From an uncultured Gammaproteobacteria bacterium (GTDB lineage Bacteria > Pseudomonadota > Gammaproteobacteria > Steroidobacterales > Rariloculaceae), in NCBI GenBank assembly GCA_964466315.1, contig CAYXNS010000001.1, positions 81,111 through 140,092 on the forward strand: a stretch of DNA of 58,982 nt, read 5' to 3'. Positions within the stretch are counted from its first letter, which is position 1; each line of letters opens with the position of its first letter. This document shows, one piece after another, positions 41,038-50,748 of this stretch. A program made the translations under genes and the position numbers. The notes beneath the pieces are model-generated. The model searched no databases. It was not told where the DNA came from and saw only the letters and a program-made list of their open reading frames with translations.

Positions 41038-41250
41038 TCAGGCGCTCGGGCCTCGCCCGTAGCGCTTGCGGAACTTATCCACACGGCCGCCCGTGTCCAC
41101 GATCTTCTGTTTGCCCGTGTAAAACGGGTGACAGTTGGAGCAAACCTCGACGCTGAGATCGCCGGACAGTGTCGATCGGGTCGTGAACTCGTTCCCGCAG
41201 CTGCAGGTCACTTTGATGTCGCCGTATTCTGGGTGGATCTCTGCTTTCAT
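41038..41250 (-). CDS. rpmE: 50S ribosomal protein L31 (zinc-binding type)
   Basis: [13 protein letters not shown]...[23 protein letters not shown]; start ATG 41250. Confidence 0.97.
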   Translation of the reverse strand: MKAEIHPEYGDIKVTCSCGNEFTTRSTLSGDLSVEVCSNCHPFYTGKQKIVDTGGRVDKFRKRYGRGPSA

Positions 41251-41281
41251 GGCGTCGCAAGCCCGGTCTCGAGGGCGCGTG

Positions 41282-41310
41282 AGCATACTGCCAGGACGGT
41301 CTAAACACAA
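41282..41310 (-). promoter_or_regulatory. Putative sigma70 promoter for rpmE
   Basis: TTGTGT-N17-TATGCT on the minus strand, 31 nt before the ATG. Confidence 0.45.
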
Positions 41311-41386
41311 GGCGCGCCGGGACTTACTTCAAGAATCCGGTCCCGGTCCCGAGCCTAAGGTCAGGAACAGCCACGAAAAACGAGTT

Positions 41387-41600
41387 TTATCCACAGTTGC
41401 GGTGGATAACTCTGTGGAGAAATCGCACCGTTCGCTCATGGAGCCGCGGCGTACCGGGATTTAGCTTAGATTGACCCATAAACGAACAGGGGTACTATTC
41501 GTATATTAATTAGGTAGTTAAGAAGTAGTAGTGATGAATGTTAAGAGTAGTCACGTCTAAAGAGCTTGTTTCAGGGGCCCGGCTTGCCAGTTGTGCATAA
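41387..41600. promoter_or_regulatory. DnaA-box cluster with IHF/Fis-like sites and AT-rich tract (DARS-like or oriC-like)
   Basis: TTATCCACA 41387-95, GGTGGATAA 41401-09, TGTGGAGAA 41413-21, TGTGCATAA 41592-600; IHF-like AATTAGGTAGTTA 41508-20; AT-rich 41495-41560. Confidence 0.8.
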
Positions 41601-41609
41601 AATCGCGAT

Positions 41610-42242
41610 TTATCCTGGTCGCAACGGTCCTTCGTTGAGGTGCTCCTGAAGCGCGATACGGAGTTTCGCGAGCGCACGGCCCCTGTGGCTTACCCGGTTC
41701 TTGACGTCGAACGGGAGCTCGGCGGCCGTCGCGGCGAGTTCGGAATCGTAGAACACCGGATCGTAGCCAAAACCACCGTCGCCCGTGGGTGTGCGGGCGA
41801 TGATCCCAGGCCACTCCGCTTGGCTTATCCGGGGTGCGGGATCCTCCGCGCTCGACATCGCCACGATCACGCAGTAAAAACGCGCCCCGCGTTCGGCATC
41901 GGGGGTTGCGGCCAGTGCGTCCAGAAGCTTCTGGATATTGGCGTGGGAGTCGGCTGCAGGCCCCGCGTAGCGTGCGGAATGAACCCCGGGGGCTCCTGCC
42001 AATGCATCGACGGCAAGGCCGGAGTCGTCCGCGATCGCGGGTAGCCCGGTAGCGAGCGCCGCATGCCGCGCCTTTAGCAGCGCATTCTCGACAAACGTCG
42101 TGCCGGACTCCTCGGGCGAGGACACATCGAGGTCGCTCTGGGCGACGAGTTCAATCCTGGAGTCCGCGAGGACGGCCCGAATCTCACGAAGCTTGCCGCT
42201 GTTGCCGCTAGCCAGAACCCACCGGCTGGTGGCGGCGGTCAC
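41610..42242 (-). CDS. rdgB: Non-canonical purine NTP pyrophosphatase (Ham1)
   Basis: [47 protein letters not shown]. Confidence 0.96.
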   Translation of the reverse strand: MTAATSRWVLASGNSGKLREIRAVLADSRIELVAQSDLDVSSPEESGTTFVENALLKARHAALATGLPAIADDSGLAVDALAGAPGVHSARYAGPAADSHANIQKLLDALAATPDAERGARFYCVIVAMSSAEDPAPRISQAEWPGIIARTPTGDGGFGYDPVFYDSELAATAAELPFDVKNRVSHRGRALAKLRIALQEHLNEGPLRPG

Positions 42243-42955
42243 CGATTTAGCACCATGGCTTGTGCTTCGAGTAGCTCATCGATGCCTTTGCTCGCGAGAT
42301 CCAGCAGCCGATCGAGTTCGCCGCGCTGAAAAGCATGGCCTTCGGCCGTGCCCTGGATCTCGATGAGTCCGCCGGCCTCGTTCATGACGATATTCATATC
42401 CGTCTCGGCCTCAGCGTCCTCGGTGTAATCGAGATCGAGTACAGGCGTGCCGCCGAAGATACCAACCGAGACCGCGGCGACCTGACCGTGGATAGGATTC
42501 TGGGTCAGATCTCCGCGGCTGACGAGTTCGAGCATCGCCAGCGCGAGCGCGACATAGCCGCCCGTGACCGAAGCCGTCCGTGTGCCGCCGTCCGCCTGCA
42601 GTACGTCACAATCGACGGTGATCGTGCGCTCACCCAGAGCACTGCGGTCGATCACGGCGCGCAGGCTGCGGCCGATGAGCCGCTGGATCTCCATGGTCCG
42701 GCCGCTTTGCTTACCACGGGCCGCTTCGCGAGGATTTCGCGTGTGAGTCGAGCGCGGCAGCATGCCATATTCCGCCGTGATCCAGCCCTCGGACTTGCCC
42801 TTGAGGAAGCGTGGCACCTTGTTATCGACGGATGCGGTTGCAAGCACTCTCGTCTCGCCGAGTTCCACGAGCACCGAACCCTCGGCGTGCCGTGTGAATT
42901 CAGGCGTAAAACGAATCGCGCGCATTTCATCTGCGCTACGGCCGCTGGGACGCAC
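42239..42955 (-). CDS. rph: Ribonuclease PH
   Basis: [44 protein letters not shown]. Confidence 0.98.
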   Translation of the reverse strand: MRPSGRSADEMRAIRFTPEFTRHAEGSVLVELGETRVLATASVDNKVPRFLKGKSEGWITAEYGMLPRSTHTRNPREAARGKQSGRTMEIQRLIGRSLRAVIDRSALGERTITVDCDVLQADGGTRTASVTGGYVALALAMLELVSRGDLTQNPIHGQVAAVSVGIFGGTPVLDLDYTEDAEAETDMNIVMNEAGGLIEIQGTAEGHAFQRGELDRLLDLASKGIDELLEAQAMVLNR

Positions 42956-43022
42956 TGTTCACTCCTGTTGTTCTCGCCGTCAAATTTGACGACGTCTTAT
43001 AAGTTAACCGATCGGCAAAGCG

Positions 43023-43766
43023 TTAGCCCTGCCATCGTAGCGCGGCGGCACTGGTATTGTCGCTATGAGGCGCATTTCTTGCGACTGCGGATTCTGCGAC
43101 CTTCCGCAGCAAGCTGTCAGGCGTGGCGGACTCGTCGCCGATGACCCGACCGATCTCATCTTCCTCCAGGCCGGTCCACACGCCATCGGTGCAGACGAGC
43201 AGGACGTCGCCGGGCAGGAGGTCCTTCTTCCCCGTAACACTCATATTCGGCAGCGCCGCGTCGCCGCCGAGGCAGCATTCGACGAAATTCCGCATCGGAT
43301 GCTCGCTGATTTCCGCCTCGCTGATCAGGCCCTGTCGTAGCAGAAGCTCTACGTGGCTGTGGTCACGGGTTCGCTCGAAAACCGCGTCACCGCGAATCTG
43401 GTAGATGCGGCTATCGCCGACATGCGCCCAGTAAGCGCCAGACTCCTGCACGAGGCATATGGCACAGGTCGCCCGCGGTTTCTCATCGAGAACGAGCCCG
43501 TCCCCGAGCTCGACCACGGCATCGTGAGCTCGCGCGAGAACGAGTGTGAGGAACCCCTGCGGGTCAAAGATCGGGCGCGGAACCTCCTTGAAGGCCTCCT
43601 CGATCACTTCGAGCGTGACTTCGGCTGCCCGCGCGCCATGGGAGTGGCCGCCCATGCCGTCGACTACGGCCATTAAAAGGCTCTCGTCCTCGGCAATTAT
43701 TGCCACGCGATCCTGGTTCTCGGAGCGATCCCCCAGATAACTGATCTGTGCGGATTCGAACTTCAC
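43023..43766 (-). CDS. PP2C-family Ser/Thr protein phosphatase
   Basis: R.ENQD, DGMGGH, HVGDSR, TRDHS, CTDG, DNTS. Confidence 0.93.
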   Translation of the reverse strand: MKFESAQISYLGDRSENQDRVAIIAEDESLLMAVVDGMGGHSHGARAAEVTLEVIEEAFKEVPRPIFDPQGFLTLVLARAHDAVVELGDGLVLDEKPRATCAICLVQESGAYWAHVGDSRIYQIRGDAVFERTRDHSHVELLLRQGLISEAEISEHPMRNFVECCLGGDAALPNMSVTGKKDLLPGDVLLVCTDGVWTGLEEDEIGRVIGDESATPDSLLRKVAESAVARNAPHSDNTSAAALRWQG

Positions 43767-43848
43767 CGGTTAAAACTCGTCCCATCCTCTCGCATATCTT
43801 AGACTTAAACCTTTGAGCGTGTCTGGGCCCCAATCACGAACCAAGACA

Positions 43849-44715
43849 ATGGCTAATAGCATGACAGGCTTCGCAACCGAGGAGACCGTAGTCGAGTCTT
43901 ATAGACTCGTCTGGGAGCTTCGCAGCGTCAACCATCGTTTCCTCGATATCAGCCTGCGGTTGCCCGATGAGCTGCGCGCACTCGAGCCGCGTTGCCGCGA
44001 GATGATCACGGTGGCGCTTGGCCGCGGTAAGGTCGATTGCATCTTGAGATTCTCCGCTGCCGGCCAAGAGGCATCAGCGGCCATTCTGCAGGAGCAGGCC
44101 CTGGAGAATCTCAAGGGGCTCGAGCGGGAGGTTCATCAGACGTTCCCCGACGCGACACAGTTGGCCGTCGGCGAAATTCTGCGCTGGCCCGGCGTGTTCG
44201 AGGAAGCTGCGGCGGGGTTGGCCGCCATGGCAGATCCGGCTGCGCAGAGTTTCGCCCGTACGCTCGAATCGTTGAGCGCCGCGCGGCAACGCGAGGGCGA
44301 GCGTCTGGTCGGTATGCTCGTCGAGCGTTGCGATGCGATCGAAAAAATTATCGCCGCCCTCGGACCACGGCTACCCGACGCGCAGGAGCGCTACCGGGCG
44401 AAGCTGTTGGAGCGTCTGGCGCGGCTCGATGTCGAGGCGGATCCCGGGCGGCTCGAGCAGGAACTCGCGCTTTTGGCGCAGCGGCTCGACGTGACCGAGG
44501 AGCTCGACCGGCTCGGCAGCCACGTGAGCGAGGTCCGCGACGCGCTGGGCCGTACCGAGCCCATCGGTCGACGCCTCGACTTCCTCATGCAGGAACTCAA
44601 CCGTGAGGCCAACACGCTGTCCTCGAAATCGCAGGATGAAGAGTTGACGCGCTCGGGCGTCGAACTCAAGGTTCTGATCGAGCAGATGCGCGAACAGGTC
44701 CAGAACCTCGAGTAG
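43849..44715 (+). CDS. yicC: YicC/YloC family endoribonuclease
   Basis: SMTGF, ELRSVNHRFLD, RGKV, GRRLDFLMQELNREANT, EQMREQVQNLE. Confidence 0.96.
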   Translation: MANSMTGFATEETVVESYRLVWELRSVNHRFLDISLRLPDELRALEPRCREMITVALGRGKVDCILRFSAAGQEASAAILQEQALENLKGLEREVHQTFPDATQLAVGEILRWPGVFEEAAAGLAAMADPAAQSFARTLESLSAARQREGERLVGMLVERCDAIEKIIAALGPRLPDAQERYRAKLLERLARLDVEADPGRLEQELALLAQRLDVTEELDRLGSHVSEVRDALGRTEPIGRRLDFLMQELNREANTLSSKSQDEELTRSGVELKVLIEQMREQVQNLE

Positions 44716-44916
44716 GATTCAAGGGGCCAGGGATTACAACAGGGCGCGATCCTTTTTTTCAGCGGAGTACTGATGTAGGATCCGAGGACGCCGATCCCAG
44801 GGTCTGGATGGCGCTCACCGAGGTCACTTAGGGCGACGAAGACACTGCGGCAAATCAACGATCGCAACTGCCCCTCCGTCGGCTATCATTCACGCATCGA
44901 CACTCCGGAGTAACTC

Positions 44917-45549
44917 GTGGCAGGGACCGAACCCGGTCGACTCATCGTTCTGGCAGCGCCGTCGGGCGCCGGCAAGACGACACTCGTCCACGAACTGCTC
45001 GCGCGCGAGCCCGAACTCGAGTTCTCGATCTCGTACACAACGCGGCCGCAACGTGACACCGAAGTCGGGGGCAGGGATTATTTCTTCGTGAGCAGGGGCG
45101 AGTTCGATGCGATGCGCGAACGCGAAGAGTTTCTGGAATACGCTGAAGTCTTCGACCACTGGTACGGCACGAGCGAGAAGCACGTCCAGTCGCTGATCGA
45201 TAAAGGTCACTCGATCCTGCTCGAAATCGACTGGCAGGGTGCAGTGCAGATACGCGCACGCCGGCCGGATGCGGTTAGTGTCTTCATCATGCCGCCGAGC
45301 CGCGAGGTGCTCGAGGGCCGCCTGCGCGGACGGCAAACGGACTCGGAGGACGTCATCAAACGCCGGCTCGACGACGCGCTGAGCGACATGGTGCACTGGA
45401 ACGAATTCGGCTATGTCGTCGTCAATGATAATCTCGATCACGCCGCCGCCGAGGTCGCGGCGATCGTTCACGGTAAGGGCGCCGGGAACCGCACCGATCT
45501 CCCGGATGTTCGCAGCCGGGTCGAAGCGATCCTTGCCGCGGGCGAGTAG
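44917..45549 (+). CDS. gmk: Guanylate kinase
   Basis: APSGAGKT, SYTTR, DYFFV, YGT, LEIDWQGA. Confidence 0.97.
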   Translation: MAGTEPGRLIVLAAPSGAGKTTLVHELLAREPELEFSISYTTRPQRDTEVGGRDYFFVSRGEFDAMREREEFLEYAEVFDHWYGTSEKHVQSLIDKGHSILLEIDWQGAVQIRARRPDAVSVFIMPPSREVLEGRLRGRQTDSEDVIKRRLDDALSDMVHWNEFGYVVVNDNLDHAAAEVAAIVHGKGAGNRTDLPDVRSRVEAILAAGE

Positions 45550-45669
45550 CCAGGTGCCCGAGGGAGACTCCTGATCGGTGTCTGTTCCTGGCTCGGTGAT
45601 TTCCCGTATGGCTACGCTGGGGGCTCATGCAGTACACTGGCTCAAAGAGCTATCCAAGGAGGGCGCGTA

Positions 45670-45963
45670 ATGGCCCGAATTACAGTCGAAGACTGTAGCG
45701 AGAAAATTCCGAACATGTTCCAGCTCGTGCTCGTGGCGGCGAAGCGTGCGCGGCAGTTGGCTAATGGCGCCGAGCCCATGATCGACTGGGAGAATGACAA
45801 ACCCACGGTAGTCGCATTGCGCGAAGTCGCAGAGGGTTATATCACCGAGAGCATCCTCGCCGAGCGGGATCAGCCGATCGAGGATCTGCTCGATGTCGAG
45901 CCGAAGCCTCGGGCCATTCCCGAGGACTTGCTGGCAGTTCGCCCAATATCTATCGGCGATTGA
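45670..45963 (+). CDS. rpoZ: RNA polymerase omega subunit
   Basis: [32 protein letters not shown]. Confidence 0.97.
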   Translation: MARITVEDCSEKIPNMFQLVLVAAKRARQLANGAEPMIDWENDKPTVVALREVAEGYITESILAERDQPIEDLLDVEPKPRAIPEDLLAVRPISIGD

Positions 45964-46017
45964 CCCGGGCACCTGATAGGCCCGGTGTTTCGCCCAGCGT
46001 GATGCGATGAGGTCACG

Positions 46018-48174
46018 ATGGACTACGGTGCTGCCATCCGCGATCGAATCTCTGCCGTCTGGCGGAGTGATGAGCTTGAGCCGTTATTGACGGAACTCGC
46101 AACTTACCTGCCCGAGGACGACGTCGCCGGCATACTCGCCGCTCACGAGTTCAGTGCGAAAGCCCATGAGGGCCAGGATCGGCTGAGCGGTGAGCCCTAT
46201 ATCACCCACCCGATCGCAGTCGCGAAAATCCTGGCCGGCCTGCACCTCGATGCGGGCTCGATCAAGGCTGCGCTCCTGCATGACGTGCTGGAAGATACGC
46301 CGTGTACCTTGCGAGACATCGAGAAAGAATTCGGCCGGGGCGTCGCACTGCTCGTCAACGGCGTCAGTAAACTCGACAAGCTGCATTTCGACAGCGCCGC
46401 CGAGGCGCAGGCGGAAAGCTTCCGCAAGATGCTGCTGGCCATGGTCAAGGATCTGCGCGTAATCCTCGTCAAACTCGCGGACCGCAAACACAATATGCAG
46501 ACCATCGACGCGCTGGATCCCGAGAAGCAGCGGCGCATAGCGAAAGAGACGCTCGAGATCTATGCCCCCATCGCCAACCGGCTCGGGATGTACAGCTTGA
46601 AGATCGAGCTTGAGGACCTCGGATTCAAAGCCTACTGCCCGTTCCGATATCGTGTGCTTGCGCGGTCGGTACGCAAGGCTAGCGGTAGTCAGCAGCAGTT
46701 TCTTAAGAAGATAGAGAGCAATCTATGTAAGAATCTCGCCGACCAGGACCTCGAAGGTAAAATCCTGGCCAGGGAGAAGCATATCTACGGCATCTACTCG
46801 AAGATGCGCAGGAAGCATCTCCACCTCGCCGATATCGTCGATGTCTTCGGATTGCGAATCATCGTTCCGGATATCGATAGCTGTTACCGCGTGCTCGGTC
46901 TCGTCCATCAGCTCTATAAACCCATGCCCGGGCGTTTCAAGGATTACATCGCCATACCGCGCGTCAACGGTTATCAGTCGCTGCATACCACGCTGTTTGG
47001 GCCCGGCGGCGCGCCTCTCGAGGTGCAGATCAGGACCGAGGACATGAATCAGGTCGCCGAACGCGGTATCGCGGCGCACTGGCAGTACAAGGCCGTGGAA
47101 AAGCACACGTACAACGCCGAGGTGCGGGCTCGCGAGTGGTTGGCCGGTCTCATGGAGATGCAGAAGTCCGCAAACTCGGAAGAATTTCTCGAGACCGTCA
47201 AGGTCGACCTCTTCCCGGACAAGGTATACGTCTTCACACCGAAGGGCGATATCATGCGTCTGCCGCGGGGCGCGACCGCCGTCGACTTCGCCTACGCGGT
47301 CCATACAGATGTCGGTAATCGCTGCGTGGCGACGAAGATCGATCGCCGGCTCGTGCCGTTGAAGACGACGTTAAACAACGGAGTAACTGTCGAGATTCTG
47401 ACCACAAGGGGAGCGAAGCCGAACCCGACCTGGGTGAACTTCGTCACGACGGCGAAAGCACGCAATGCGATCCGCGCATATCTCAAAGGACTCAAACGAG
47501 ACGAAGCACGAGAACTGGGTCGGCGGCTGTTGAGTCAGGCGCTCAGACCTTACTCCCTTAACCTGCGGAGGCTGCGGAAAGCGCAGACCGAAATATTGTT
47601 GAACGAGCTTCAGGTCAAAAAGATGGAGGACGTCTACGAGCAACTGGGATTAGGGGAGCGGTTAGCTCCGATCCTAGCCGGCATGCTCGCACAACAAGAG
47701 ATCGCGGAAAACGGCGACGGCACTGACCAGCGCATGCCGCTCGATATTGCGGGAGCGGAAGGACTCGTCGTGAGTTACGCACATTGCTGTAATCCGATTC
47801 CCGGCGACGAGATTTTGGGTTTCATGTCGAGCGGTCGCGGTATCGTGATTCACAGGACGAGTTGTAATAACGTAGTCGATGATTCCAAGAACCCGACGAA
47901 GTGGATCCCCGTGGACTGGCAACGGGGCATCAAGGGCGAGTTCCAATCCGAGATCCATGTCAGGACGATGAACCGCGTCGGCCTGCTCGCGGAGGTTGCG
48001 GGGCGCATCTCGGCTACACAGAGTAATATCGACAACGTTACAGTCGAGGCGGACGGCGATGCGTCGACGCTGTCGTTCCGGCTGAATGTCCGCGATCGCC
48101 GCCATCTCGCACAGGTCATCCGCAGCATTCGCGCCAACCCGGGTGTCGTTCGCGTGAGCCGAACTGCCGGGTGA
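46018..48174 (+). CDS. spoT: Bifunctional (p)ppGpp synthetase/hydrolase
   Basis: SGEPYITHP, LLHDVLED, KDYIAIP..NGYQSLHT, TGS and ACT domains; follows rpoZ. Confidence 0.97.
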   Translation: MDYGAAIRDRISAVWRSDELEPLLTELATYLPEDDVAGILAAHEFSAKAHEGQDRLSGEPYITHPIAVAKILAGLHLDAGSIKAALLHDVLEDTPCTLRDIEKEFGRGVALLVNGVSKLDKLHFDSAAEAQAESFRKMLLAMVKDLRVILVKLADRKHNMQTIDALDPEKQRRIAKETLEIYAPIANRLGMYSLKIELEDLGFKAYCPFRYRVLARSVRKASGSQQQFLKKIESNLCKNLADQDLEGKILAREKHIYGIYSKMRRKHLHLADIVDVFGLRIIVPDIDSCYRVLGLVHQLYKPMPGRFKDYIAIPRVNGYQSLHTTLFGPGGAPLEVQIRTEDMNQVAERGIAAHWQYKAVEKHTYNAEVRAREWLAGLMEMQKSANSEEFLETVKVDLFPDKVYVFTPKGDIMRLPRGATAVDFAYAVHTDVGNRCVATKIDRRLVPLKTTLNNGVTVEILTTRGAKPNPTWVNFVTTAKARNAIRAYLKGLKRDEARELGRRLLSQALRPYSLNLRRLRKAQTEILLNELQVKKMEDVYEQLGLGERLAPILAGMLAQQEIAENGDGTDQRMPLDIAGAEGLVVSYAHCCNPIPGDEILGFMSSGRGIVIHRTSCNNVVDDSKNPTKWIPVDWQRGIKGEFQSEIHVRTMNRVGLLAEVAGRISATQSNIDNVTVEADGDASTLSFRLNVRDRRHLAQVIRSIRANPGVVRVSRTAG

Positions 48175-48190
48175 ATGAGCGACGGAGACA

Positions 48191-48568
48191 GTGTCCAGGG
48201 ACCCCATTCATACTGACGCCGCACCAGCGGCGATCGGCGCCTACAGTCAGGCAGTGCGCGCGGGCGGTACCGTGTACGTATCGGGTCAAATACCGCTCGA
48301 TCCGAGGAGCTTGGAACTCGTCAGTGGTACCGAGCACCAGATCCGGCAGGTCTTCGACAACCTCAAGGCGGTCGCCGAGGCTGCGGGTGGCACTCTAGCC
48401 GATGTCGTGAAACTGACCGTCTATCTGATCGACCTCAGTAACTTTCCGACGGTCAACGAGATTATGGCCGAGTATTTCGACGAACCTTATCCAGCACGCG
48501 CGGTCGTCGGCGTCATGGATCTACCGAAGGGGGCCGCGGTCGAGATGGACGCGATCCTCGTCGCCTGA
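48191..48568 (+). CDS. ridA: RidA family reactive intermediate deaminase
   Basis: [32 protein letters not shown]. Confidence 0.93.
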   Translation: MSRDPIHTDAAPAAIGAYSQAVRAGGTVYVSGQIPLDPRSLELVSGTEHQIRQVFDNLKAVAEAAGGTLADVVKLTVYLIDLSNFPTVNEIMAEYFDEPYPARAVVGVMDLPKGAAVEMDAILVA

Positions 48569-48579
48569 TTGTCGTCCCG

Positions 48580-50700
48580 GTGTCTCCCAAGACAGCCTCT
48601 CAGTCGAAATCCTACCAGCCAGGCGGCGCAGAGAGAGCTACGCTGGAGGAATCTGTCGCAGTATTACGCGGTGTCGGGCCGCGACTCGCCGAGCGGCTGA
48701 CGCGCCTCGGCGTTCATTCGATCGGTGACCTGCTGTGCCTGCTGCCCGTGCGTTACGAAGACCGCACCGAGCTACGACCGCTCGGAAGCCTGCGTCCGGG
48801 CGAGAAGGCGCTTGCCGAGGGTAAGATTGAACTCACCGAAGTCATCTACCGCCGCCGCCGCGCCATGCTCTGTCGTATCGCCGACGGTACGGGTGCGATC
48901 ACGCTGCGCTTTTTCCATTTCTCGCGCACGCAACAGAATAATCTCGTGCGCGGGGCGATGTTGCGCTGCTTCGGTGAAGTGCGAGCCGGTCCTACGGGTC
49001 TCGAGATGGTGCATCCCGAGTATCGCATCGTCGGGTCCGATACGCTGCCGCCTGACGACGTCCTGACACCCGTCTATCCCTCGACCGAAGGCCTGCACCA
49101 GCAGCGGCTCAGATCGCTCGCGGCGCAGGCGCTCGACATGCTCGAACAGTCACCGCTCACCGACTATCTCGCTGATCGGCTGCCCGCCGACTCACCGCGA
49201 CTAAACGACGCGCTGAAATTTCTGCACGGGCCACCGCAGGGAACTGCACTCGAGTCTCTCACGAGCGGCCGGCACCCCTGCCAGTCGCGTATCGCGCTCG
49301 AAGAACTCGTCGCACAGCGCTTAAGTCTCTTACGCATTAATATCGGTCGGCAGCGCGAACGGGCTACGGTGCTCGCCGATGACGGCAAGCGCCTTGTCGA
49401 GTTTCGCGGCCGTTTGCCGTTTGCCTTGACGGGGGCACAAGATCGCGCGCTGGCGGCTATTCTCAAGGACCTGCAGTGTGACGTGCCGATGCATCGGCTC
49501 CTACAGGGCGATGTCGGTTCGGGAAAGACTGTCGTAGCAGCCGCCGCCGCGGCCGTCAGCGCGGCGAGCGGCACGCAGACTGTCGTCATGGCGCCGACCG
49601 AGCTGTTGGTGGAACAGCATTACGCGAATTTTCGCACCTGGCTCGAGCCGTTGAGCGTCGATGTCGCCTGCCTGACCGGGTCGGTGCTGGGTGCCGCACG
49701 CTCGGATCGCCTGGCGCGGATAGCGGCCGGTGATGCTCAGGTGGTCATCGGCACGCACGCACTTTTCCAGCAGGAAGTGGTTTTTCGGAACCTGGCATTC
49801 GTCGTCGTCGATGAGCAGCATCGGTTCGGTGTCGACCAGCGTCTGGAACTCAAGCTCAAGGGCAAGGACGGCACACACTTACCCCATCAACTCGTCATGA
49901 CGGCGACGCCGATCCCGAGGACGCTGGCAATGACGGCCTACGCGGATCTGGATTGCTCCATAATCGATGAGCTGCCAGCAGGGCGGCAACCGGTGCGCAC
50001 GGCCGTCATGCCGGACGGGAAGCGGCCGGAACTCGTCCAGCGCGTCCTCGCTCATTTCCGGCGAGGCGAGCAGGCTTACTGGGTATGTCCGTTGATCGAA
50101 GAATCCGACACGATCGACTCTCAGGCCGCCGAGCAACTCGAGTCGGAGCTCAAAGCCGCCCTACCGGAACTCAAGATCGCACTTCTCCACGGGCGCATGA
50201 AGTCGAGTCTCAAAGATCAGATCATGAGATGTTTCAAGGAAGGGAAACTCGATCTGCTCGTTGCGACGACCGTGATCGAAGTCGGGGTCGACGTGCCTAA
50301 TGCCACGCTCATGGTTGTCGAGAACTCCGAGCGCATGGGGCTGGCGCAACTCCATCAGCTTCGGGGTCGCGTCGGCCGCGGCGCCACGCCGTCGAGTTGT
50401 GTGCTGCTCTACAAGTCGCCGCTGTCCGAGCTCGCGCGCGAACGATTGGACGTTATGCGCGAGACGGCTGACGGCTTCAAGATCGCGCAAAAGGACCTGG
50501 AGCTCAGGGGGGCCGGCGAGGTGCTCGGGACGCGCCAGACGGGCGTCATGCAGTTGAAGATAGCCGATCTCGTGCGCGACGCCAGTCTGTTGCCCGAAGT
50601 CATCCGGCTTTCGGACGAGTTAATCGAGAAGTATCCGCAGCGCGTAGACTCGCTCATTGATCGTTGGCTTGCGGGCCGGGCCCGCTACGCCAAGGTCTAA
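48580..50700 (+). CDS. recG: ATP-dependent DNA helicase
   Basis: LLQGDVGSGKT, DEQHRFGV, TATPIPRTL, QLHQLRGRVGRG, DLELRG.GE.LGTRQ. Confidence 0.98.
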   Translation: MSPKTASQSKSYQPGGAERATLEESVAVLRGVGPRLAERLTRLGVHSIGDLLCLLPVRYEDRTELRPLGSLRPGEKALAEGKIELTEVIYRRRRAMLCRIADGTGAITLRFFHFSRTQQNNLVRGAMLRCFGEVRAGPTGLEMVHPEYRIVGSDTLPPDDVLTPVYPSTEGLHQQRLRSLAAQALDMLEQSPLTDYLADRLPADSPRLNDALKFLHGPPQGTALESLTSGRHPCQSRIALEELVAQRLSLLRINIGRQRERATVLADDGKRLVEFRGRLPFALTGAQDRALAAILKDLQCDVPMHRLLQGDVGSGKTVVAAAAAAVSAASGTQTVVMAPTELLVEQHYANFRTWLEPLSVDVACLTGSVLGAARSDRLARIAAGDAQVVIGTHALFQQEVVFRNLAFVVVDEQHRFGVDQRLELKLKGKDGTHLPHQLVMTATPIPRTLAMTAYADLDCSIIDELPAGRQPVRTAVMPDGKRPELVQRVLAHFRRGEQAYWVCPLIEESDTIDSQAAEQLESELKAALPELKIALLHGRMKSSLKDQIMRCFKEGKLDLLVATTVIEVGVDVPNATLMVVENSERMGLAQLHQLRGRVGRGATPSSCVLLYKSPLSELARERLDVMRETADGFKIAQKDLELRGAGEVLGTRQTGVMQLKIADLVRDASLLPEVIRLSDELIEKYPQRVDSLIDRWLAGRARYAKV

Positions 50701-50748
50701 CGAAAAAATGGGGCCAGATCCCCTTTCCCCCCATACAATGCTTGGATT

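Noticed and set aside
45965-45990. Hairpin CCGGGC...GCCCGG after rpoZ
   Set aside because: A 6-bp stem with a poor U tract inside a normally co-transcribed rpoZ-spoT unit; too weak to call.
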